Source: Batkoa obscura (lineage: Eukaryota). From it: 64,000 nt of DNA. The stretch covers positions 806,001 to 870,000 of the forward strand of contig JASVEC010000015.1 of NCBI GenBank assembly GCA_030770535.1. Reading direction: 5' to 3'. Below the pieces are notes generated by a model. The model saw only the letters and a list, made by a program, of their open reading frames with translations. It was not told the DNA's origin and made no database searches. Positions 26,522 through 38,147 of this stretch are shown one piece after another; within the stretch, counting starts at the first letter, position 1, and each line of letters opens with the position of its first letter. Made by a program: the position numbers and the translations under genes.

Positions 26522-27615
26522 ATATATAAAAATTAAGTTAAAAATATTTATAGTTAACTTTTATACTGTAGTATTAATTATCAATTTTTAACTATATTAT
26601 TATTGAAATTCAATTTAATTTTTTGTATCAGCTAACAAAGCTATTTTTAATAAAAAAAAGTTATTTTAAATAAGTAATAACCTGTAATTTAAAATTCAGG
26701 ACTTTTTATAAAATTTTATAAATTCAACTCTATATAGTTAAATGCGTAACTTTAAATATTTTGTTATTTTTTAAAAACTAATGACATTTAACTTACAACA
26801 ATTACATTATAAAAAAATAAAACTGTAAATTTTTAACATTGATAGTTTTTGAAAATAAGCTAAATATATAATTTGATCAGATTAGGTATTCAGGCAAGTT
26901 TAACTAGGATATAATTGAAAAAAGTATATAATTGAATGAATAAATGGAATTAGTAATTGAAGTTTGAATTTCGATAGAATACTCCAATTAAATACCAGTT
27001 TATTTTGCTTACCAAATGTTATTACAAAATCTTAATATGTACTTTATTCAGGTTTCTATCATAATATGGCTATGATACTTAATAAATCCGAAACTATTAC
27101 TTGTTCTCTAGCCATTTTATTTTAATAAAGTGGAAAAATTATTCTTTAATTTTTTTAAAGTCTATTCTTCGAATTTATTTACAATTGAATTTTTGGGTAT
27201 TACAGTTACTGCAACTCTATTGCGATCTAGATGATTACATATTTAAGAACAACTTTTTGTCAGAATTCTATGAAAATATTGATTGGGCTCTTAAAAACTA
27301 GATCAGCAAATGTGTGGCTCTAAAAGCAACGCAAATTAAATCGCAATAGAGCTTCAGCGGTATAATCTAAGAGTATTTTGGTTATATTTATATTATTCGC
27401 TATAAGAGCTAGATGATTTCTATTTAAATGTAAATTTATACTAAAAAATTATTTTTGAAAACTATGATAAAGTAATTCTTATTAATTTCCATTTATTTTT
27501 TTTCAATTACTTATTTAAGATCAATAAAAACCTACTTGATCCAGAACATCAACATAAAAATCAATAGTAAATTTCATAAAACTGAATCTCAAAATATTAC
27601 TTTTTAATATATTCA

Positions 27616-28827
27616 ATGGTGGAAAACAATTTAGATAAGTTAGCCGATCATCAGCAAAGCTACCTTGAGAAATATCATAATTTTGATCCACGGCCTGATG
27701 CCAACAAAATAAAATGTATAGCTTCTGAGATTAAACTAACTGCCAAGGCAGTAAAAGCTTGGTTTGCAGCCAAAAACAAAGATAGTAAGCCGAGGAAAAA
27801 AGATAAAAAAGCAAGTAGTGAGACAAAAGATAGTAAATCAGCTACTGGACCGAACACCACTTTTAATAAAAATTTGATGAGATCACTTGGTATTAAGCAA
27901 GATCAATCAAATAGTAATATAGGTATCCCTACCCCACCTTCAAAGAATAACACTAACACTCCTACTCAACCTTCAACTAATAATATCAGTACTCCTATTT
28001 ATCCTTCAATTAACAATAATGTGTCAGTTCACTCACAATATTCAACATTAAATAGCGTAAATAATATCAGGCTACAAATACCAAATGATATGCAACATAG
28101 CAGTCATCCTATAAATGCAGTAAACCACTTTAGGGCACTTCACAATAATAACATAACAGGGCTCAATCTGGGACGAGAAAACGTATCCAATGGAAGTAAC
28201 ATAAATAAGCAACAACCATATCCAGTTCTAAATAATCCTCAACTAAATGAAAACCATAATTTCCAAGAGTCATATCATAGAAACATAAGTTCAAATCTTT
28301 CAGCTGTAAACTTTGTTCCTCAAAATACAAGGTTCGAGAATAATGCACAAATTAATGGGTTTCACGCTAATAGAGCAGCTGAAAAAACCTCATCTACTAA
28401 TCCTAATATAACAAACTCCTATATCCGTGAAGAAATGTTTAAAAATATAGGAATCAATCCACCAAAAGAAGAGCAATTAAATCATCAAGTTGAGCCGAAT
28501 GGTTCTAAACTTAGGGATATAAATAGTCAATTGCAGAATAAGATTTTAGGGGGTAATAAAATCTTGCTAGAAGATCAAGCACAAGAAAATCCAACAAAAA
28601 AGGAAGTTAAGGTTGAGAAATCATCATACCATTTTGGTGCTTCTAATTTCAATACCGGTTTCAAGTCAGTTGGTGAGGCATCTAGAGTTGAGATTGCATT
28701 TCATACGCTACTATCACCTAATCTAAATAAACAACAACTTATATTGCCTGACCTATCAACTATTAAGAGAGATACTAATTACAAGGGTTCCGATCCACAT
28801 TTATTTAAAATTACAAGGCCTTTATAA
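27616..28827 (+). CDS. protein with an atypical N-terminal homeodomain and an Asn/Gln/Pro-rich disordered region
   Basis: QQSYLEKYHNFDPRPDANKIKCIASEIKLTAKAVKAWF matches homeodomain spacing (Q...LE..F...P.P......IA....L....V..WF); intronless 403-aa ORF. Confidence 0.7.
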   Translation: MVENNLDKLADHQQSYLEKYHNFDPRPDANKIKCIASEIKLTAKAVKAWFAAKNKDSKPRKKDKKASSETKDSKSATGPNTTFNKNLMRSLGIKQDQSNSNIGIPTPPSKNNTNTPTQPSTNNISTPIYPSINNNVSVHSQYSTLNSVNNIRLQIPNDMQHSSHPINAVNHFRALHNNNITGLNLGRENVSNGSNINKQQPYPVLNNPQLNENHNFQESYHRNISSNLSAVNFVPQNTRFENNAQINGFHANRAAEKTSSTNPNITNSYIREEMFKNIGINPPKEEQLNHQVEPNGSKLRDINSQLQNKILGGNKILLEDQAQENPTKKEVKVEKSSYHFGASNFNTGFKSVGEASRVEIAFHTLLSPNLNKQQLILPDLSTIKRDTNYKGSDPHLFKITRPL

Positions 28828-30685
28828 ACTTTTAACTTTTAAAAAGTCATGTTATTGTATAAATTCTCTAAACTTATTTCTAAATGTGTTTCTTTCCAAA
28901 TCCTTTTTCTTTTTTTCTAAAATTATATTTTTGTTTTTTGAACCTTTTTTAATTAAGCCTATAGTTCTTGATCAAATTATTCCAGATTTAGAATTCATTT
29001 TATATTAAATTTATATTAAGAAATAAGGTACAATAAAACGATAGGATCTAAAAATAAACAGGGATTTTTCTATTTACTATCTTTATCTTTTTAGCTATAC
29101 TAATTAATTGGACATATTTCGTTAAAATTGTGTTGCCTTAATTAGCACTTTATAGCTTAGTTTATGAGAATATTAGTAACGTATCTTTAAAATAAGACTA
29201 TTGTTTATGCAAATTAGGCTTTATATATTGTTGTATTCAATCAAATTTATCAAAGCTTCAATTAAATTCAACTTTTACTGCTATCTTATTCCTTAGTTAA
29301 AAATAGTTCTAATAATAAAGTTAAAGTAAACGTAACCTTGTATTAAGTATGACTTTTATTCCAAAAGAATAAACAGCCATTTGGTTCAGTAGATATACTC
29401 AAGCTATTATAACAGTTGTAATTCATATATAAGTAACCTAGGTCGATAAATTCCAACATCAATCTATTTAATACAATATAAATAAAATATCAGATTTAGT
29501 AGAACCTAATTGTAATGGATAGAAGGAAACATTTAGTTTAACGTTTCAATTGTGGTTTTATGAACTATTTATTTGATGAAATAGATTAGATTTCTACTGA
29601 ATTCATACTTTAATTGAAATACAATGATAAATTGCTATAAATAAACCCGAGGTTACTTACCAACCATAGAACTTAACCACTATGCAAAGTTAACAAATAC
29701 TTATTATATTTCATTTATTATTTTTAGTAACTCTTTCAGGAATCTAATCTTGCTCAAAAAACATTTTATTCTGATTAATAGAACAAAATGTGCAATAATA
29801 TTAAATTTATTAACTTGTTTTTGTCTAAACTTCTATTTATAAATAGAAGTTTTTTAAATTATGCTATCCTTTTGTTCCAGTTATAAAAATGTTTACAAAC
29901 TTAGGCCAGACGATTATATTTTATCCTTTAATGTGATTGACTTTAATTAGCTAGTAGTAATAAACTCTTGGCTTCTTTACGTTATAATATTAAATAATAT
30001 AATGCATATAAATATAGTAAATTTACAGAAATATGCACTGTGTTGCTTCTATAATTTAATTACAACTATTTAAAACAGCTTTATAAAAAACTAAGCAAAT
30101 ATTGAAAAATATCAAAAGATGTTAATTTTCAAAATATAGTTACCATTCACCATACCGCTTTTTACATCTTTGGTCGTAATTCATGCACCTATTTTGATAC
30201 ATTTTTATTATTAGTTGCATTTTTTAGCATTGATTTATATTTTGTAACAAGATAGTATTATATTATAGAACTTGTCTAGATTTGAACATGTTTTTTATAA
30301 ATACACAGCTTGTTTTGTTTAAAATATGTATTTTTTTTTAAAAATATCCAGCTTTAATAAAACATGTAGCTTTAAATATAGTATTATAAAAGTTTAAAAC
30401 TGTTTAGTAGCTTTTTATAAATATATTAAAACTTTTACTAATAATTATTCTACTCAAATAGTACTTGAAAAATGGAAAAAATGATGAAAGCAAAGAAAAC
30501 ATCCTATATTTTAAGCAAAAAAAAACAATTAGCTAATTTTGATCTTTTTCTAAAATTTAACCTTAAACTTGGAATTTCAGCTTTTTAAGTAGGATTTAAT
30601 TAAATAGAAATAAATAAATAATATAAAATTCATATTTTAAAAACGTTAAAAATAATAATTAATAACTTGAATAAAATTAAATAAT

Positions 30686-30783
30686 AGAGATGTTTTTTTG
30701 GCTTCTTTACTCTTTCTATCCTTTAAGCGCTATTTGAGTGGAAAAACTATTAACAAAATTCTCAAACACAAAAATACATCCTC
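30686..30783. mobile_element. ~97-bp MITE
   Basis: AGAGATGT...ACATCCTC; TSD TAAT/TAAT. Confidence 0.85.
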
Positions 30784-30959
30784 TAATAGTAATTGTTCTA
30801 TTTTGAAGTATTTTATTAAGCTATTTTAAACATGTTATTTTTTAGAAAGTAAACTATATATTACTTAAATATGTTTATTTATTTCATATATTATTTTATA
30901 AAATTATAGCACACTAAAGTATAATTATTAAAAATTAAGCAAAAACAACAACAAAATAT

Positions 30960-33398
30960 GGGGTTGTCTGAATTAGTTTCATTATTTTATCCAATTTTTG
31001 AAAAATTTTGTATTTTAAAAACTTCGCTTAAAATTCTATAAAATCACATCTTTTATTAAAACAAAAGTACCCAAACACAGTTCTAAATCATTCTATTATA
31101 GCTCATACTGTAAGTTAGTTGAATTTCTACTAGATCTTAAATACATATTCTTATAAAGCTTAATTGAGAAATATTTATTATCAACCGCTTTATAACCAAC
31201 ATTGTAGATTTATTATCAAATAAATAAACTATTTTAATGTTATAATTACATTATTAATATATTGCCAAGTTAATAAATAGCTGCATGGGAGGGAGTGGTT
31301 AGCCCCAAAACTATAATTAACCATCCCTATATAGTACAAGTAATAATAGTTTTTACATATTATTACAGTTACTTGTTCTTTGACTATTTATTAACTTAGA
31401 TATTAATAACTTAAGTAATCCTAACATTTAACAATCTATTTCTATCATTCAACAAACTACTTACTTGCTTAGTAAATATCGAAAATTTTAAATTCTCTGT
31501 TATCTTCGTAAGGTAAGCTGGGATCGATCTTTTAATTTTTCTGTTTTCTATAGACTCTATAACTTTAATTGGGACTATATCGCTTTTTTTTGATGTATCA
31601 GATACTGGATAACAATGTAGTTTATTGTTATGTTTAATAAAGTGTAAATACTTCTTAATGCCCTGCATCTCTATTATTCTTTTTGTATTTTTGTTTCTTT
31701 TATACTTTTTAAAAATTATATCTGTTTTCCCATTATTAACAGTCGAGTTATTAATTTTATTATGCTCGCAAATAAAAGCCTCAAATCTTGAAATTAATTG
31801 ATCGATATCTTCTATTTTACCTAACGCTTCAAAACTACTTTTCCATTTTGAAAGGTTTCCAAAATGTCCATCAACTATACTTTTTCCATGATGCTCAGCA
31901 AAAAAATTAAGATTAACATTCAAACTACTATTTATTTTATGAATTTCTTTAAACATATAGTGTAGAAACTCTTGGGATCTAAAATGATTTCCTGTATCTG
32001 CCCATATATTAATTTTTGTAAACTTTTTAAATAGAAGCTCTGTAGAGATTAAATCGATTAAACAATCTCCTGCATATGCTGAATCATGATTCAATATTTC
32101 AGATAAATAATCAAAGTAAACTTTGCCTATTGTTTTATCATCTTTTAAATATAATACACCAAAACCTAATACTGATATAGCTTGTTTATTATAATGATCT
32201 AGATTTATTGAATCTGGTCTTGTCCCTATTTCCATATTTTGTTTGAAATCTAAAACTATTATACAACTTTTGTTATTTAATTTTTTGATAGTTTCATTAA
32301 ATGTGTTTTTTTGAGTATCAACACAGAATTTATGTAATTTGTATAATTTTTCTTCTTCGTTGAAAATTTCTTGTATCTCTGCTTTGTTTTTTGCTGTATT
32401 TATTTTATTTTCAAATAACTTTTTTCTAACTGTATACTGGGTACATATATTACATAGATCCGTTTTTCTTGCTGGATTTTTGAAATTAGTTGGTATATAT
32501 TTAAAGAACGTTGACCTAGCTACTGCTTTATCTCTTAGATCATTCAAATATTTACTATATATCATTCTTCTACTTTTATTTAATATATATATATTATCTG
32601 ATGAATATTTACTATCGTTACTTTTTTTATTAAATCTTGATGAAATAGTTGAATCATTTAGTAAATATTGTATGATAGTTTCAATTTGGTCATCTTTAAT
32701 TTTTTTTGTATTTTTAATAATAGGTTTTAATGTTGATATTTTATTATTATTACTTGTTTTTGAATAATCGTATTGATTTCTATTTATATTAAACCCAAAA
32801 CTCTTACATTCATCAAAAGAATATACTGAAGCTATAGTTGATAATAACGCTACTTGCTGACTTTTGTTTCCTGTTTCCCTTAAAGCACTAATTTTATACA
32901 TTACTTGATTAAGTTTATTATTATCGATAGTAAACTTTGATAATATATCTTTTCTTTGTTTTGTTTTATTATAAAATTCCATAAACCTTGGGTTGTTATA
33001 AGTAGCTCTTAAAATTGATGTAAATGAATTACAATGTTTATATTGTGTACTCCTCCCTATTGTATTGAAGTTTTCAAAAATTCCATTTCGAAGTTTAGTT
33101 ATGAAAGTTTGCATTTTATTTTTATTTCAACAAAAAATAAAGTCAAATAAGTGTATTTATATAATTATATAATCATATAGTTATATATTATATATCTGTT
33201 AAATATCTAACAGAACTAACATAAAATATATAGTTAGGAAAATTAGCTATTTAAGAAAAGGAAACAATTAAAATAAGTTTTAAATAGAGACATTTAATTT
33301 TAGGCTTTTTAGATTTAACCGTTATATTGAACACAAACTTGGAATTTTAAATTTGGATTAATTTCTAAGTAGATTCTGAAACCAATTAGGACAGCCCC
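30960..33398 (-). mobile_element. full-length, putatively autonomous Sola2-like DNA transposon (2439 bp)
   Basis: Left TIR GGGGTTGTCTGAATTAGTTTCA vs reverse complement of right end GGGGCTGTCCTAATTGGTTTCA (18/22); ATAT at 30956-30959 and 33399-33402; encloses an intact transposase ORF. Confidence 0.85.
31411..33114 (-). CDS. DDD transposase, Sola2-like
   Basis: Uninterrupted 567 aa; RSTFFKYIP, KTDLCNIC...H (CxxC-H); candidate catalytic motifs VLDFKQN, WADTGNHFRS, FFAEHHGKSIVDGHFG. Confidence 0.82.
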   Translation of the reverse strand: MQTFITKLRNGIFENFNTIGRSTQYKHCNSFTSILRATYNNPRFMEFYNKTKQRKDILSKFTIDNNKLNQVMYKISALRETGNKSQQVALLSTIASVYSFDECKSFGFNINRNQYDYSKTSNNNKISTLKPIIKNTKKIKDDQIETIIQYLLNDSTISSRFNKKSNDSKYSSDNIYILNKSRRMIYSKYLNDLRDKAVARSTFFKYIPTNFKNPARKTDLCNICTQYTVRKKLFENKINTAKNKAEIQEIFNEEEKLYKLHKFCVDTQKNTFNETIKKLNNKSCIIVLDFKQNMEIGTRPDSINLDHYNKQAISVLGFGVLYLKDDKTIGKVYFDYLSEILNHDSAYAGDCLIDLISTELLFKKFTKINIWADTGNHFRSQEFLHYMFKEIHKINSSLNVNLNFFAEHHGKSIVDGHFGNLSKWKSSFEALGKIEDIDQLISRFEAFICEHNKINNSTVNNGKTDIIFKKYKRNKNTKRIIEMQGIKKYLHFIKHNNKLHCYPVSDTSKKSDIVPIKVIESIENRKIKRSIPAYLTKITENLKFSIFTKQVSSLLNDRNRLLNVRIT

Positions 33399-33402
33399 AT
33401 AT

Positions 33403-33500
33403 GGGAATGTATTTTTATGTTTGAGAATTTCATTAATAATTTTTCCACTCAAATAGCACTTAGAAGATGGAAAAAGTGATAAAGCCAAAAAAATATCACC
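33403..33500. mobile_element. ~97-bp MITE abutting the Sola element
   Basis: Shares ATAT 33399-33402 with the transposon end and ATAT 33501-33504 with the next MITE. Confidence 0.9.
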
Positions 33501-33504
33501 ATAT

Positions 33505-33603
33505 GAGAGTGTCTTTTTTGACTTCATTATTTTTTCTATTTTTTAAGCGCCATTTAAGCGGAAAATTTGTTGGTAAAATTCTTAAACACAAAAATACATC
33601 CCC
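33505..33603. mobile_element. ~97-bp MITE, GAGAGTG subfamily
   Basis: GAGAGTGT...ACATCCCC; ATAT/ATAT. Confidence 0.9.
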
Positions 33604-33814
33604 ATATAACAAAACATAAAGCTATACTAATAATAGTAAAAATTATCTTAGAATAAAAAGCTGAAGATAAAAATAAAGTTTAAAATTTAATCATATAATA
33701 AAACATTATATTTTAAAATAAGGAGAACTATTATATACAGCATTATAGTCCTAAATGAAGCTAATATTTAATAAATTTTAAGTTATATAATTAAAATAAA
33801 CTTTAATTTATAAG

Positions 33815-34240
33815 TGTGAAAGTCAATGCCCAGTGGTTGGAGCTTGAAGCAGTTTTTGTTTATTCAGCTAACTATAAATTGAAAAGTTTTAATTTACATA
33901 ACTAATACAGACTTAGATTAATAAAAATTATATACAATAAACTACAAACTGTATAATATGAATAAAATAGAAAATACTCTTATAAAATTTATATAAAATA
34001 TATTAAGTAATATTCAATAACTATTAAAAAGTATAATATTAAGAAATAGCTTAAAAAGCTTTAAATTACTGTGTTAAAAAAAATTATGCTTTAATTAGGT
34101 AGGTATATATAAAAAACATGATGATAGTTATTTTTTATTATAATTGCTAAATATAAACACCAAAATGTAAAGATTCTCGTAGCAAATTTAAATAAAAAAC
34201 TCTAAATTATTTATAACTGAATTTGAAAACATGAAAACCC
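33815..34240 (-). mobile_element. highly decayed solo-LTR-like remnant
   Basis: TGTGAAAGTCAATGCCCAGTGGTTGGAGC start; recognisable ACAGACTTAGATT and GATTCTCGTAGCAAAT blocks; right end uncertain. Confidence 0.6.
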
Positions 34241-34699
34241 TCAATGAGGAAACTAGTCAAAGTTAATTAAATTTATTACATGAGGATGCGTTTTTGTGTT
34301 TAACAATTTTATCAACAATTTTTTCACTCAAGTAGCACTTAAAAGATGGAAAAAGTAATGAAGCCAAAAAAAATCTATAAAATAAATAGTAGTTTAAATT
34401 TAAATTTTTTTACTGAGTATTATAAAAAATATATACCAATAGACATTTTAAAATCTTTTATAATAAAAAAGTAGCTTTGAAACATTAAGTAAAATAAAAA
34501 ATACTAATTAATTTATTTCAAAATTTGATATTTTTATTACAAACATAATAATAAATTAGCAAAACTTAATATAATTCTAATTGAAATTATAGAGTTTATA
34601 AAAAACGAAAAAATTGAAAAACTAATCCCAGTTTACCTTATAAAAATAGCAGAAAATTTGAAAGTTTTGATATTTACTAAGTAGTTTATTAAATGATAA

Positions 34700-35192
34700 A
34701 GGCCAATTATTAATGGCTAAGTTAATGGATAGTTAAAAATCAAGTAGTTGTAATAGTAAACAGAAGTTATTATCATATTGCTTATATTATATAAGTATAG
34801 TTATTTATTAACTTAGTAGTATACCAATAATGTAATTATAACATTAGGATAGTTTATTTATTTAATAACAAATCTGCAATGTTGGTTATAAAGTAGCTAA
34901 TAATAAATATTTTTTCAATAGAATTTTATGAAAATATGTATTTACTTACATACTAAAACTTTGATTAATATCAATATATAGGTTATATTATTAAAAGCCT
35001 TGCTAACCCAAGAATTTCTACTAAGTTTAGTAGAAATTCTGCTGATTTATACAAATTATAATAAAATAATTTGAAACTGTGTCAGATACTTTTGCCTTTT
35101 AATAAAAAATTTCTTATAGAATTTTAAGCAAGTTTTTAAAGTATATAGAGTATTTAAAATGGACGAAAAATGAGATCAATTTGGACATCCCC
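34700..35192 (+). mobile_element. decayed 3'-terminal fragment of the Sola2-like element, inverted relative to the intact copy
   Basis: Reverse-complement similarity to 30960-31410; ends TGAGATCAATTTGGACATCCCC-ATAT. Confidence 0.8.
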
Positions 35193-35348
35193 ATATGCAA
35201 GTTGAAAGGTATAGTGGAATAGATTTACCCGGTTTGAGTTACGGAAAATTGTCATTTAATTTAATATATAAAAACAAACACCTATATTGAATTTGCTACT
35301 CTCTAAACAATAATAAAAAAGTAAATAAAATTGAACAATTACAATAAA

Positions 35349-36857
35349 TGATTAAACCGGATTTGAAGTATGTTTCAAATATATTAAGACAATCTGGGGT
35401 TTACTCTATAAATAATATTATGAACGAAGTTAATATTAAAATGAATTAATATACTATTTCTATATTTTAACAAAGTAAGTATTATTGATTGTCATCGAAA
35501 TAAGAGAGACATTCAATATTCTATTAAAAAACTTAATTGATAAAGGGAAAAGGTAAACCTCGTTTACGAATTAAGCTTTGATAAATATTAAGGCGTATAT
35601 AGTTTAAAGTAGTCAGATGTGTATAAAGATATTTTTAATTCTGGACTATTTTTTTCAAACTTTGTCTTGTCTTGAAATATATTATCTAGAGTCTTCCCCT
35701 TATATAAAAGATAAAAAGTGCGCAAATTTTTTATCCTGTACTATAATTGATTTCATTTGGCTTTGTAATAAGCTTGCAATATAAGCTTTCTATTCGAAGT
35801 TTTTGTTTTACGGGAAAGAAAGAATCGTAGAATAAGCTTCTCACACCACTTAAGCATGGGGTGATCAAAATAGGGGCTTAAATATAGTGAACTAAATAGT
35901 CACCTAAAGCTATTTAAAGCTTATATCATAGTTTGTATTGAAGAAATTTATTAATACCTTATAACGATGTGATCTTATTTATGCTTTCAACTGCTCAAAT
36001 TCTATATTCTTATATAATGGAGTTTATGACTTTAGATCTTTCTATTTATAAATTTACGGTAAGACGTGTCTTGACTCCTCACTCAATATTACAAATTAAT
36101 AGAAAAATTTCAAGGGATCGGGGAATCGATGTTAATCATTTAGCTGATTTGGTTGAAGGAATAAATATAGCTGCAGGAAATCTAAATGCTTTAGAAGCTT
36201 TAGATAATAAGCCTATTACATTACTACGTAAAGGGTATCATCCCAACGTCACATCCTGTAATTATATGTTATCAAATCGCTTGATTTTGGTTTTTAAGGT
36301 GACTTGTCGCTGCTATCTTTTTAGGCTTTGAGAATTTTAAGAGAAGATATTATACTTTTAATTTTTATTTCATTTTATTATAACCATTTTAGTCCTTCAA
36401 AGATATTAAAGAAATACTTTTACGGAGCTATTCATTGAAGTGGATTTCTAGCTGTATTAGTTCCAACATACCAGTTCATGATATGCAACACAAATGCTTT
36501 GTAAACCAAATATGATATAAATAATAATAATAATATCTATTACCTTGCAGGTATTATATCTGGACTGGTAGATATGTTAGTTAAAAAACCAAGCATAATA
36601 ATGGGATTAGCTCTATACACTACACCTAAGGCCTTAGGTTCTTTCTACCATATGCTTTATAAAAAACCGAATTTTTCATGTTCCTTATTTTGAACTTTTG
36701 TTTTTATGTTAGCATCTGGCACAACTATAGTACTTTTTTTTATAATTTCTTATAAAACCTATACCTTATTTTAGATATAGTCTAAAAAGGAGCCAGAAAC
36801 TACTTTATTATTATTAAAATGACTTTTAATCTATTTCATTGGTAAAAAGGCTAAATA
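35349..36857 (+). pseudogene. TMEM135-like membrane protein pseudogene
   Basis: ILFMLSTAQILYSYIM, YHPNVTSC and LVKKPSIIMGLALYTTPKALGSFY resemble TMEM135 family blocks; stops and frameshifts between them; ends approximate. Confidence 0.6.
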
Positions 36858-37410
36858 GACGTAATGCCTGATTGATTTTTATTTATTCTTTTGATATTTC
36901 TGACTTTTACCTTTGCACTATATTAAATAAACCATTTTCTTTATTTTATTTTTTGGCATTAGAATACTTTTTGCTTAAATGACAGTAATTGCTCCAAGCT
37001 GTTTTACAGAACTAAACAAAAAACGTAATTTGACTTTGATCATTCAAATATATTAGAAATGATTTGGTAATATGTTTTTACAACTAATATATAGCCTATT
37101 TAAAAAGCATGTGTACGACTCATCAAGATAGATTCTATTGATTAAAAGCATTAAATCTGCCTCATTTGATAATGAAGAGAGTGGCTGTTCCAACCCTTAA
37201 ACCACTTGACTTCGGAAATGTTGCTTCACACGATACGTTCTTCCACAACTCAGTCATAACCATACTTCTTTTTTTTATAATAAAATATCTGGAACTTTAT
37301 TATCTGCTCTACACCAGCCTTTTATTTTCTAATTGTTCATCTTAGACAAACTGGATTCAAAATTAGAATGAATTCATAGCCCATATTATCCGAATGCTTG
37401 ATAAGAATAT

Positions 37411-37506
37411 GGGGATGTATTTTTTTGTTTAAGAATTTTACTAACAATTTTCCGCTCAAGTAGCGCTTAAAAGATGGAAAAGTAATGAAACCAAAAAAAC
37501 ATCCCC
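37411..37506. mobile_element. ~97-bp MITE (perfect termini)
   Basis: ATAT-GGGGATGT...ACATCCCC-ATAT. Confidence 0.93.
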
Positions 37507-38147
37507 ATATATTTTTTATAAGATAAACTTGTTATGTTTGATCTTTACTTAAAGCTGAAATTTCTCATTTACGGGGTACTTTTATAACACAATAAAAAAG
37601 GTTAGATGATAGAAATTTTGTATAAAAAAATCAAAGCGTTATTTAAAAGCTAAAGTTTAATAGGAACTACAGGTTAGCATTTTCTTAATTAAAATACTCA
37701 TTATAGATAAAAGTATTTTTAAAGTAGAAGTTTTTGCTTTAAAAATAGTAAAATCAAATCAGAACCCTCTGAAAAAGCTTTATAAAAAAAGCCTCCAACT
37801 TTGGTTTTCCCAGTTTTTTACTCAATGTTCTTCAAGTGTGTTGGACTTTTGGCTAATTTTACTTGGAAAATTGGTTTTATTAGGTTTTGAAAGATTTCTA
37901 AAAATTGATTTATTCAAAAATTAATTTTTACTTATAAATCAAATCCGATTTTTTAAAAGAATAAACAAGGATTTAAAATGCTACTTCCTTTTATAAAAAA
38001 ACATGACTTTTGTGACAGCTTTATGTTTAGTATAGGATAAAATATTTTACCACTTTTTTTTTGAAGATTTGTTTTATGAACATTTGAATAGAATATTATT
38101 AAATGTAAATCAACAACTAATATTATATAAAGATTTATTGAAAAAAA

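Noticed and set aside
36950..37410. Coding-like minus-strand tract next to MITE 37411
   Set aside because: Multiple stops and no identifiable family.
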